Shown piece by piece: positions 13,360 to 25,846 of a stretch of 64,000 bases of DNA. A program made the position numbers and the translations under genes. The notes below the pieces were generated by a model that made no database searches, had not been told where the DNA came from, and was given only the letters and a program-made list of their open reading frames with translations. Each line of letters opens with the position of its first letter. Position 1 is the stretch's first letter. The stretch comes from Eledone cirrhosa (taxonomy: Eukaryota): the NCBI GenBank assembly GCA_964016885.1, contig OZ024749.1:39494001-39558000 (forward strand), given 5' to 3'.

Positions 13360-13395
<36 letters not shown>

Positions 13396-13585
13396 ATACA
13401 ATAACAGAGATAGCTTAAAGCTAAACTCTGACTGGTAACCATCTCACTCAACAAACATTAGGTTATATGTTAGTATAAACCCAATTTAAGTGTTTGGGGT
13501 GCTAACTATATGTATTATGTGGAAAGCCAGTTGTATTATTTTATGAGATATAATTAAAGTTAAAATATATCTCTCTTAAAATATA

Positions 13586-13626
<41 letters not shown>

Positions 13627-13937
13627 TGGTGCTGGTGGTGATCATAATGATGAGGGTGGCGATGGTGCTGCTGTTGATGATAGTGGTGATGGTGATAGTG
13701 TAAAGAAAAATTAAGAGAGAGAGGAGGAGGAGCAGCAGAAAGAGAATGAAGAGGAGAAGAAAGAAGAGACAAAAAAAAAAAATGTGAGAAAAGACAAAAT
13801 AGAGAGAGAAAGATTATCAGTAGCAAGTGTTGTAATAATCTTATAATTTGCCAACTGTTCTGGCATGCAGCCGTTTGCATTGATTGTGGCATTGGCTGCA
13901 TCTGAGTCAACTCTACATTAAACAAAACTAATATATA

Positions 13938-15132
13938 TCATCATCATCATCATCATCATCGTTTTACGTCCGTTCTTCCACGCTAGCATGGGTTAGACGG
14001 GTTGTCCTGCTATGGGCAATGTCCGGTCGGCTGACCTTGTCTTGCTCATACGGGAACTGATTCTGGCTTGATTTCTACAGCTGGATGCCCTTCCTAACAC
14101 CAACCTCATTTACAGTGAGTGCTGGGTGCCTTTTTTTCCATGGCGTCTACACGTCAACTTTACAGTGAGTGCTGGGTGCCTTTTTTTCCATGGCGTCTAC
14201 ACGTCAACTTTACAGTGAGTGCTGGGTGCCTTTTTTTCCATGGCGTCTACACGTCAACTTTACAGTGAGTGCTGGGTGCCTTTTTTTCCATGGCGTCTAC
14301 ACGTCAACTTTACAGTGAGTGCTGGGTGCCTTTTTTTCCATGGCGTCTACACGTCAACTTTACAGTGAGTGCTGGGTGCCTTTTTTTCCATGGCGTCTAC
14401 ACGTCAACTTTACAGTGAGTGCTGGGTGCCTTTTTTACGATGGCGTCTACACGTCAACTTTACAGTGAGTGCTGGGTGCCTTTTTTTCCATGGCGTCTAC
14501 ACGTCAACTTTACAGTGAGTGCTGGGTGCCTTTTTTTCCATGGCGTCTACACGTCAACTTTACAGTGAGTGCTGGGTGCCTTTTTTACGATGGCGTCTAC
14601 ACGTCAACTTTACAGTGAGTGCTGGGTGCCTTTTTTTCCATGGCGTCTACACGTCAACTTTACAGTGAGTGCTGGGTGCCTTTTTTTCCATGGCGTCTAC
14701 ACGTCAACTTTACAGTGAGTGCTGGGTGCCTTTTTTTCCATGGCGTCTACACGTCAACTTTACAGTGAGTGCTGGGTGCCTTTTTTTCCATGGCGTCTAC
14801 ACGTCAACTTTACAGTGAGTGCTGGGTGCCTTTTTTTCCATGGCGTCTACACGTCAACTTTACAGTGAGTGCTGGGTGCCTTTTTTTCCATGGCGTCTAC
14901 ACGTCAACTTTACAGTGTGGGCTGGGTGCCTTTTTGCCGTGGCACCTCCACGACCACTTTGCAGTGGAATGATAGGGACCCCAGTCCCTATCATCTCATT
15001 TCTACAGCTGAGTAAACTGGAGCAATGTGAAACAAAGTGTCTTGCTCAAGGAAACAACACACCACCTGGTCAGAGAATTGAATTCACCACAACCTTTCAA
15101 TTGCAAGCCAAATGCTCTAACCACTAAGCCAT
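13938..15132 (-). mobile_element. SINE family B (tRNA head, CORE/V-like centre, RTE-type TGA tail) carrying an expanded internal minisatellite
   Basis: Reverse complement of catggcttagtggttagagc...ttccttgagcaagacactttatttcacattgctccag...aggaagggcatccagc...aacccatgctagc...gatgatgat. Confidence 0.85.
14111..14910. repeat. 50-bp minisatellite, 16 near-identical units
   Basis: tacagtgagtgctgggtgcctttttttccatggcgtctacacgtcaactt at exact 50-bp period. Confidence 0.97.
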
Positions 15133-15380
15133 GTATATATATATACACACATGTATGTATGTATGAATGCATGCATGCATGTGTGTGTGTACATATATAT
15201 ATTTATACACACATATGTATGTATGAATGCATGCATGTGTGTGTGTGTAGATGTATATATATTTATATATATATACATACTAATTTAAGATATCACAACA
15301 TACATACTATGTATAATGCTTATGTTTCTCTGTAAAAAAGGTGAATGAACATTTGTTCAGAGCATCAATAATTCAGATTA

Positions 15381-15463
<83 letters not shown>

Positions 15464-15594
15464 GAGGTTATATTTAATTTGTTGGGATTCAACAAGCTTA
15501 AACATTTTTATAACTGATATAAAGCACTCAACAATTTAGTGGAGTAAATACACAATATATTAATAAATGGAAACTATATTTATAAAACCATATT

Positions 15595-15660
15595 TATTCT
15601 ATTATACATATTTCAAGGGCAACCAAGGCAAATTATGGTGCGCTTTCATCAGATAAAATA
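15595..15660 (-). ncRNA. Minimal type-I hammerhead ribozyme motif (left arm of fold-back element)
   Basis: Exact reverse complement of the motif at 15838-15903. Confidence 0.65.
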
Positions 15661-15837
15661 CCGATTTATTTTATAAACCGTTATCTTTTCAACCTTTCGA
15701 ACACTCATTTGTATACTCGCTCATAATTTTATATCACCCTCAATAAATGTACTATCTCCACTATCCAGGAAGCTCCAACCGTTAAGGTTGTCTTTTTTTT
15801 TCCGGGTATGTCAATATTTATTTATAAAACAAATCTG

Positions 15838-15903
15838 TATTTTATCTGATGAAAGCGCACCATAATTTGCCTTGGTTGCCCTTGAAATATGTATAATAGA
15901 ATA
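15838..15903 (+). ncRNA. Minimal type-I hammerhead ribozyme motif (right arm of fold-back element)
   Basis: tattttat-CTGATGA-aagcgcacca...tggttgccctt-GAAA-t-atgt-a-TA|atagaata: 8-bp stem I, interrupted stem II, 1-bp stem III with near-palindromic tetraloop. Confidence 0.65.
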
Positions 15904-15967
15904 AATATGGTTTTATAAATATAGTTTACATTTATTAATATATTGTATGTATATATATATATATATA

Positions 15968-17414
15968 TTGAAATTTAAACTTGTCTAGGCACCAGGCAGT
16001 TGCCATTTTACGTCTGTAAGTATAGATTTAATATTTAAAATTCTCTAGATCGATACAGACGGACTATATGTACTTGAATTAAGGTATTTCTATCTGGCTA
16101 AAAAATTATTGTCATTTTGCAAAAAAAAACAAAAAAAACACAGTAGTGTTGATCATATATTTTTTAATTTTTAATTTCTAAATTGTAATGTAATGCTCAG
16201 AAGTATTTTTCTTAGAGCTTAATATTTGTCAATGACTACTAAACTGAAATTATCTGCTCCTACGGTCGAGCTGAATTCATAATCACATATTCACGGCTGT
16301 TATTTCTAGCGCCATGGATATGAGCCAGAATGCTGAGATGGTCGTGTGCAAAAGCACATGTATTAGGCTTGCGACAGATCAGTCTTAAGATACTATCTTA
16401 GGAGAAGTGATTTTAATTTCTGGGTGCCTACCGTAGATCACAGAAAATTGATTACTCCACTAATAATTATTTTATAAATAGTTGTTCCGTAATTAATTAA
16501 TTATTTCATTAGTATAACATCCCTTGTGAAACAGGTTTATGTTTTGAAGTTCTGCCCGATCTGCTGAAAAAGTTTAAATTTTGAAATTTAAACTTGTCTA
16601 GGCACCAGGCAGTTGCCATTTTACGTCTGTAAGTATAGATTTAATATTTAAAATTCTCTAGATCGATACAGACGGACTATATGTACTTGAATTAAGGTAT
16701 TTCTATCTGGCTAAAAAATTATTGTCATTTTGCAAAAAAAAAAAAAAAAAAAAAAAACACAGTAGTGTTGATCATATATTTTTTAATTTTTAATTTCTAA
16801 ATTGTAATGTAATGCTCAGAAGTATTTTTCTTAGAGCTTAATATTTGTAAATGACTACTAAACTGAAATTATCTGCTCCTACGGTCGAGCTGAATTCATA
16901 ATCACATATTCACGGCTGTTATTTCTAGCGCCATGGATATGAGCCAGAATGCTGAGAAGGTCGTGTGCAAAAGCACATGTATTAGGCTTGTGACAGATCA
17001 GTCTTAAGATACTATCTTAGGAGAAGTGATTTTAATTTCTGGGTGCCTACCGTAGATCACAGAAAATTGATTACTCCACTAATAATTATTTTATAAATAG
17101 TTGTTCCGTAATTAATTAATTATTTCATTAGTATAACAACCCTTGTGAAACAGGTTTATGTTTTGAAGTTCTGCCCGATCTGCTGAAAAGGTTTGAATTT
17201 TGAAATTTAAACTTGTCTAGGCACCAGGCAGTTGCCATTTTACGTCTGTAAGTATAGATTTAATATTTAAAATTCTCTAGATCGATACAGACGGACTATA
17301 TGTACTTGAATTAAGGTATTTCTATCTGGCTAAAAAATTATTGTCATTTTGCAAAAAAAAAAAAAACCACAGTAGTGTTGATCATATATTTTTTAATTTT
17401 TAATTTCTAAATTG

Positions 17415-17418
<4 letters not shown>
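15968..17418. repeat. ~615-bp tandem repeat, about 2.3 near-identical copies, flanked by TA tracts
   Basis: Units start at 15968, 16581 and 17200 (ttgaaatttaaacttgtctaggcacc). Confidence 0.95.
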
Positions 17419-17453
<35 letters not shown>

Positions 17454-17834
17454 TGTAATAAACAATATTTTTGTTTATGTAATTGTTTATTACATAACTA
17501 TTAAGCTCTGTTACCTACATAGAGCACTCTTTTTTCCTGGACTTTCCCGACGGAATTACTTCATTTACACACATATATATATATATACATATATTAGAGA
17601 GAGAGAGAGAGAGAGACATATATCGTTTGAGAAACATAGTATTTTGTACGCACATAAAGCACATATTAATTTTTTGTTTATTTTGCTGTTGTTTTATCAT
17701 TATTCATTTTAACTGTAGTAGCACAGGATTTAAATATTGCAGGTGTTTTTGTTAAAACATTTTAATAGCTATCCCTCTTTCATTTCCCTCCTTTTGGGGC
17801 TCCATAAAAGTAATTACATATAATCAGAGCTGTC

Positions 17835-18110
17835 ACCTGGCTAGTTAACATCCTAGGCTAGCCCTACAATGTGTGTCTGGGTATTTAGCACCCTAGGCTA
17901 GCCCTACAATAAATGCCTGGATAATTAGGTCCCTTGGATAGGCCTACAATGTGCACTGGGGTATTTAGCACCCTAGGCTAGCCCTATAATAAGTGCCCGG
18001 ATAATTAGGTCCCTTGGATAGCCCTACAATGTGCACTGGGGTATTTAGCATTCTATGCTTCCCTACAATGTGAGCCTGGGTTATTATTGCTCTGGGCTAG
18101 ATCTACAATA
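17835..18110. repeat. ~39/78-bp degenerate tandem repeat
   Basis: ccctaggctagccctacaat / ccttggatagccctacaat units alternate. Confidence 0.8.
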
Positions 18111-18499
18111 TTTACCCATTTCTTCCAGTTAAGTACTCCACATTCTCCCAAATAAAATAATTTCAACTTACAATTCGGCAACCTGATGAACCAAATTTTT
18201 GACAGTTTTTGATTTAAAAAATTACTAAGCTTGCATTTTCTACTACACAGAAAACACTCACTTGATTAAAAATCATATAGTGGTCATAACACAATACAAC
18301 CCTCTCCACTGATTTGGATATTTCCACAATGTTGTTATATGGCAAACATATTTAGTGATTTATCTATTTAACACTGCAAATGATTAAATATTTAATTCAA
18401 TTATACAAATTTATGTAAATCTTTGATCTTTTCAGGTTCAGTAGTGCACATCTTTGAGGTTTGTGCCCCGAGGTGGCTTCTTAGTTGGTCTTAATGGTA

Positions 18500-19686
18500 G
18501 AAATGGTCTTAGGTGGCCTTAAGGGTAGAACTGGTCCTGGGCGGCCTTAAGGGTAGCACCAGTCCTAGTTGTCCTTAAGAGTAGTACCAGTCCTAGTTGG
18601 TCTTAAGGGTAGCACCAGTCCTAGTTGGCCTTAATGGTAGTACCAGTCCTAGTTGGCCTTAAGAGTAGCACCAGTCCTAGTTGTCCTTAAGGGTAGCACC
18701 AGGCCTAGTTGTCCTTAAGGGTAGCACCAGTCCTAGTTGTCCTTAAGGGTAGCACCAGTCCTAGTTGTCCTTAAGGGTAGCACCAGTCCTAGTTGGCCTT
18801 AAGAGTAGCACCAGTCCTAGTTGTCCTTAAGGGTAGCACCAGGCCTAGTTGTCCTTAAGGGTAGCACCAGTCCTAGTTGTCCTTAAGGGTAGTACCAGTC
18901 CTAGTTGGCCTTAAGAGTAGCACCAGTCCTAGTTGTCCTTAAGGGTAGCACCAGGCCTAGTTGGTCTTAAGGGTAGCACCAGTCCTAGTTGTCCTTAAGG
19001 GTAGCACCAGGCCTAGTTGTCCTTAAGGGTAGCACCAGTCCTAGTTGTCCTTAAGGGTAGTACTAGTCCTAGTTGGCCTTAAGAGTAGCACCAGTCCTAG
19101 TTGTCCTTAAGGGTAGCACCAGGCCTAGTTGGTCTTAAGGGTAGCACCAGTCCTAGTTGTCCTTAAGGGTAGCACCAGGCCTAGTTGTCCTTAAGGGTAG
19201 CACCAGGCCTAGTTGTCCTTAAGGGTAGCACCAGTCCTAGTTGTCCTTAAGGGTAGTACCAGTCCTAGTTGGCCTTAAGAGTAGCACCAGTCCTAGTTGT
19301 CCTTAAGGGTAGCACCAGGCCTAGTTGTCCTTAAGGGTAGCACCAGTCCTAGTTGTCCTTAAGGGTAGCACCAGGCCTAGTTGTCCTTAAGGGTAGCACC
19401 AGTCCTAGTTGGCCTTAAGGGTAGCATCAGTCCTAGTTGGCCTTAAGGGTAGCATCAGTCCTAGTTGTCCTTAAGGGTAGCACCAGGCCTAGTTGTCCTT
19501 AAGGGTAGCACCAGGCCTAGTTGTCCTTAAGGGTAGCACCAGGCCTAGTTGGCCTTAAGGGTAGCACCAGGCCTAGTTGTCCTTAAGGGTAGCACCAGGC
19601 CTAGTTGGCCTTAAGGGTAGCACCAGTCCTAGTTGTCCTTAAGGGTAGCACCAGTCCTAGTTGTCCTTAAGGGTAGCACCAGTCCT
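18500..19686. repeat. 28-bp minisatellite (~40 units)
   Basis: agcaccagtcctagttgtccttaagggt. Confidence 0.97.
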
Positions 19687-22188
19687 AACTGGCACCAACC
19701 CTGCATCTAGTCAATGCTAGCTGTGGATGATGATGAGCAAGAATAATAATAAGAAATTGGGACAGGACGGGAAAGGAATAAGAAGATGGTCATGATGATG
19801 ATGATATTTATTTATTCAGTCTGTAATCGGAAGGTTCAAGTCTTAATTGAATCCATCTGTCTGGAAATGCATTGAATATATTGACGTTGTCTACTCTATA
19901 TATTGAAATTAATCAGTAGAAGATTTATTTGAAGAAATTGTCAAAATAATAATTTGTTGCCTTAGTCATTTTATTATATAATACAAATAAATGCAAAACG
20001 TGTTCGTTTTCCGTCATATTTACGAAATTTGGTAACGTAAAAGAAGTGGATTCCAATTTAATATTTAGTCTAATAAAATCAATATGTACAGAATGATTAA
20101 CTATCGTTTTAAACATTTATAAAGAAAAAGGTTTTTATTTGCTGAAATATTATATAGTACGCTTGGTGATACTTTGATTTATTAGTACTGTAGTAAATTC
20201 CTTCTGTTATTTCGTTTCAGTACAACTTATTAGTAATAGAAGAAAGTAGCAGTAGTGAGGGGGGCTTCATCTATATTTCGTTTCGTTAGAATTTAGTTGT
20301 ACCCATGTGATAACATCTCTTCTTCGTTTCGAAACAATTTACTAGTGCCCGTGTTGCTCCCATGTCAACAGAGGAGGTAATGCTGTGTAGCTGGAGTTGG
20401 CCTATTGGTCATATTATGTCAGCTAGTCTCTGGTAAGATACATTATTTCTATTCCAGCTTATCTCTCCATTACAAGAACTATGCAGTCTATAATTAATAT
20501 TTATCTATCACTCTCTCACTGCTCTACCATTTGTTCATCGATATATATATATATATATATCAATCAACTAATGCTTAGCTTATATTTTCCAACGATGGCG
20601 TATGGTCATCGGTAATAGATAGTCCTAGACATCAGGGAAACAATTGTGGTGGACAGTTGTAGAGTTGAATATATATAATATATATATATATATATATACA
20701 TATACATACACATCCACACTGACACACCTAACATTGGTGGTATTATATTTATTCATAGACTCATTCATTCATTATATCATCTCAATATAAGAAATATGTC
20801 ATAATTTTTTTTATCTTCGTCCCGAACAACGACGAGTCATTCTGAGATGTCTATTAAAAAAAACACACACAAAATAATAATAAAGAAATAAAGAAAAAAC
20901 GGAAAAAAAACCTCCAAATAATTTCATTGTTGAAATATTTTTTACTGAAAATATTGCATCCGTTCTGAGTAATGTAACGATACTATATAATTATGTACTT
21001 CCAAATAATAGTCTTATTTCTACTGCTACTACTACCTGTTTACTTACAGCTATTTAATTGAGCTTTCTATTTAAGGTCCGTATCTTTAACTGCCACTGAC
21101 ACTTTAATAAGATATTGGGGTAATGATAACGATTTCTTTACTAGCCTCTAGAGTCGAAATAATAATAATAATTTTGGCAGAAGGCCAGCAATTATTGGGG
21201 AGAGGAGGGGAGGGAGTAAATCGATTAAATCGACTCCAGTACTTCACTGGTACTTTATTTTATCGATCTCCTTAAAGATGAAAGGCAAAGTTAACCTCAA
21301 CGGGATTTGAACTTAGAATGTAAAATAATGATAATAATAATAATAATAATAGCGATCATCATCATAATACACCATTGCACATTGTTTGCACCATTGCAGC
21401 ATCAGATTGTAGTTGCGTTGCAGCAGCAGCAGCAGCAACATCGTTGCTGTGTGCAGTCGACTGTTTCCAGTGGTGATAGTGGTGTTGGTGTTGGCAGGAC
21501 TGATAGTGACGGTGGTGGTGGTGGTGGTGGTGGTGATGGGAGGAGTAATAATGACGATGATGATGGTGGTGGTGGTGGTGTTTGCAGGAGTGATAGTAAC
21601 GGTGGTAGTGGTGGTGTTGGCAGGAGTGATTGTGACGGTGGTGGTGGTGTTGGCAGGAGTGATTGTGACGGTGGTGGTGGTGGTGTTGGCAGCAGTGATA
21701 GTGACGGTGGTGGTGATGGAGATTGTGTCAGCAGTGGTAGTGATAACGATGGTGGTGGTTGGGGGGGAGGGGTTAATAGTGGTGGTGTTCTATGTTAGTA
21801 GTGAAAAATATAAGCGAGATGATTTAGAGTGTGGTGGTGCGTCTGGTTAGAATAGTTCAGTGTCTGAGTCTGAGTATGCAGCAATACTGTCTGCTACTGC
21901 TGCACCACTCAACTGCACTATCTCTGCTGCTATACAATCTACCATTCTACTGCCTCTCTCTCTCTCTCTGTCTCCCCATTTCTTTCAATCTCTCTCACTC
22001 TCTATGACTCTCCCCCTCTCTCTTTCCCAGTCATCATCATCATCATCATTATCACTTCTCTGACTCTTACCAGGTAGCATTTTCTGTCTATTTGATCCAT
22101 AATCTCATCTTTGAATCGGACGAAAGAATGTACTTTTAGTACACATATTTTCATTTACTATTAATTTAAACCCACCCATCCGCATCTA

Positions 22189-22194
<6 letters not shown>

Positions 22195-22250
<56 letters not shown>

Positions 22251-22353
22251 ATCCACACACTTAATATCTATCTATCTTTATATATGCTCTACACACACAC
22301 TATATATATATATATATATAATCATCTATATATATATATACATATATATATAC

Positions 22354-22384
<31 letters not shown>

Positions 22385-22385
22385 C

Positions 22386-22430
<45 letters not shown>

Positions 22431-23112
22431 TATATACATATATATATACATATACATATATATATACATATATATATGTATATATACATATATATATATA
22501 TACACATATATATATATACATATATATATATGCATATATATATATACACACATATATATATATATATACACACATATATATATATACACATATATATATA
22601 TACATACACATATATATATACATACACATATGTATACATATATATATACACACATATATATATATATATACCTACATATGTACACACATACATATGTATA
22701 TATACACATATATATATATATATATTTACATATACATATATACACACATATATATATATACATATACGCATATATATATATATATATATCCATATACACA
22801 TATACATATATACACATATATATATACATATACACATATATATATATATACATATATATATATACATATATATATACATATATACATACATATATATACA
22901 TATATATATATACATATATACATACATATATATACATATATACACACATATATATACATATATACACACATATATATGCATATATATACACATATATATA
23001 CATATAGACACATATATATATGCATATATATACATATATATGTATGCATGTAGGTAAATATATACATACATATATATACATACATACATACACATATATA
23101 TATATATGTATG
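22195..23112. repeat. Compound (CA)n/(TA)n/(TACA)n microsatellite
   Basis: Direct reading. Confidence 0.97.
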
Positions 23113-23980
23113 TAAGCTCATTTACACACACCTGATTTACTACTCTTCATTAATGATTTGATGATGTAGTTGATATTGTTTTAATTAACTGCATCTATTT
23201 CACATATGATTAGTCAGAAGAGAAATTAGACAAGTGGCTGCATTGTGCAGTTTGCTGCACGTTCTATTTCGACACGTGTTCCAATTGCATATTTCATTCA
23301 ACCCTCCCCCCGCTTATTTTTTTCACCTTTTTTTTTACAACGCAATAAGGAATAAGAAAATGTAATGCTCTGATGAGCATTAAGGGTGATACTATAAAGC
23401 AAGCAATGGTCTACTGAACAGGCAGGCTATATATATTAATTAATATATTAAAAACAAAACAAAAAAAAACAAGAAAAAAATTTATAATGTCAGGGTGTGC
23501 TGTGAAAGAAGAGAATCTAACGTTTTAGAGATAACCCATCATCTATTTTTTAATGAGTCCATTCGTCTATCTATCTATCTACTTATATCTATCTATTTAT
23601 GTGCCATTTATCTTCTATATATCTGTCAGCTGTCTATCATCCATCTATCTATCTATTGATTTGTCTATTATCTATATCTATCTACCATTCATCTCTCTCT
23701 CCCTCTATCTATCTCTCCAATTCTCTTTTCCTTTCTCTTAGGCTGTCCTTGCCTCTTTCTTTCTCTCTCTAATTATCCACATAAAACTATGTCAGAAATG
23801 ATTCATGCTGTACGGCAATTCTCAAAGCAGATGGTACAAATTTCACCTACATTTTTTTCTTATGTACTTCAAATTCTTTTATTTTGCTATCAACTTGTAA
23901 CCAAATTATTTTGCAGCCAAGCATTTCTTCATGCAACTATGCATACAGGAATATATATATATATATATATATATATAGAT

Positions 23981-24033
23981 GAGATTCTACAGGACTAGAA
24001 CTGTTTCATTCTTTAGAAATCATCAAGAATCTC
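23981..24033 (-). ncRNA. Hammerhead-like motif with C3U change, inside a 53-bp-arm palindrome
   Basis: Minus strand gagattc-TTGATGA-tttctaaagaat-GAAA-cag-ttctagtc-ctg-TA|gaatctc: 7-bp stem I, stem III cag/ctg, GUA site; the opposite arm keeps the canonical CTGATGA. Confidence 0.55.
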
Positions 24034-24161
24034 CTGATGATTTCTAAAGAATGAAACAGTTCTAGTCCTGTAGAATCTCATCTATATTAAAACTTTTATA
24101 CTCTGCAATGTATTGAGTACCTTACTTACTGTGGTTACCTCCGATTCAACCCGGAATAACG

Positions 24162-24203
<42 letters not shown>

Positions 24204-25121
24204 TTCACATACATACATACATATGTATGTGTGTATATATTCCTAAGTAGATATCTAAATTTAATTTACTTTATCTTATGTCATGATGCATTATGTGGGT
24301 GTATGTATATATATATTTTTCTTTCACACATATATATATATGAAGTTGTGTGTGTATTTATACATGTATTATATGGACATATATGTGTATGTATACATAT
24401 CTGTACGTGTGTGTCATTATCATTTTGCATCCGTTTTCCATGTTGGTATGTGCTATACATGTTGTCAAGAGAACCACGCCTTGCTCATATGTTCCAGAGT
24501 GTACTGGTTGCATTTCATCATGGCACCAGCTTACAGAGTGAATGTGTATATATGTATGTGAATATATACATATATATCTGTATGTAGTTGACGGCCGAGA
24601 GAAAAGAATATTCAATACCGAAGTAGAGTTTAAATATTCATTTTATTATGGCGAAATAGTGAGTATTATTGCGGTGGATTGGCAGTATCGGTAGAGGGTC
24701 GGACGCCATGCTTTCTAGCATAGTTACGTCCCTTTACGATCTGAGTTCAAATCCCGCCGAGGTTGACTTTGCCTTTCATCCTTACGGGGTCGATAAAATA
24801 AAGTACCAGTGAGGCACTGGGTAGTTGCTGGCCTTGTGCTTAAAGTAGAAACAATTATTACTCTGGGGAATCCCCTGTTTCTCACTGGGTCATCAGACAA
24901 GCTCTTCTTAATAAATTAATATATATATATATATATATATATATAGAAAAATGTATGACCCCGACAGCAAAGCTCAAGCCATTTCGACTCAAGTCCAGAA
25001 ATAGCCGTTGAAACCACTTGAGCTCTGCCGTCGGGGTCATACATTTTCCTATTACCCACTCTACTACCCTAAGTATTGAATACTCTGGTACGTTATGGTC
25101 CATCTGGTTAGAACTCCTTCG

Positions 25122-25194
<73 letters not shown>

Positions 25195-25812
25195 CATCTT
25201 CATCATCATTTCCGTTTAGAGTCAATTCTTTCATGCTTGCATAGGTTAGTTGGGTTGTCCATGCCTGGGTTAGACAGGTCGTCCATGCTGAGAAGCATGT
25301 CTGGGCATGGTTGGCCATGTTGCATCTTGCTACGGTGAGGACTATAAATTTGGCTGGGTATTTTACAGCTATGTATATATATATATATGTATATATAGTA
25401 AGTTGGTAGTTAACACGAATTTTAATGACTTTTGAATTATGTGTGTGCATTACATCTTCATATCAACATCCTTTAAAACATTTGTTTATGTCCTGCATAA
25501 AGAATATATCTCCCTCCGTAGTAGTCCAATGAAGGTCAATGGTATTGCATTTCACTTTACCCTCAACCCTGAAGGGTCATAAGAGCAATACAGGGGGAAT
25601 CAATGTACAACATGCCTCCGTCCATCTCTGTCTTGAAGTCTTTACCATTCACTGGTTCATTCTGTGATATTTTCTATCCATTTTTTTTTTCCTTCAGACT
25701 TCTTTACCTTCTTTTGCCTTGACCTGTTCCTTGAATTCATGTCTTGGTCAATCCATCAGATCTTGTCATGTAACTGTACCATCTTATTTTAAGTATATAT
25801 ATATATATAAAT

Positions 25813-25846
<34 letters not shown>

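Noticed and set aside
14111-14910. Regular repeat array resembling CRISPR
   Set aside because: No unique spacers, no cas genes, eukaryotic context; it is a SINE-internal minisatellite
16405-16450. Sm-site-like aatttctgg in the 615-bp repeat suggesting an snRNA array
   Set aside because: No recognisable U1/U2/U4/U5 or SL RNA sequence around it
21307-21850. Gly/Asp/Ser-rich and Val-rich ORFs
   Set aside because: GGT/GAT triplet low-complexity tract starting in a SINE; no convincing splice context or domain
22284-23131. Long YIYI/HTHT ORFs of up to 269 aa on both strands
   Set aside because: Translations of TA/CA microsatellite; the same applies to similar ORFs near 10037, 25018, 56827-57355 and 59268-60098
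23363-23382. CTGATGAG as a hammerhead core
   Set aside because: Only a short palindrome (taatgctc-tgat-gagcatta); no downstream stem II-GAAA-UH arrangement
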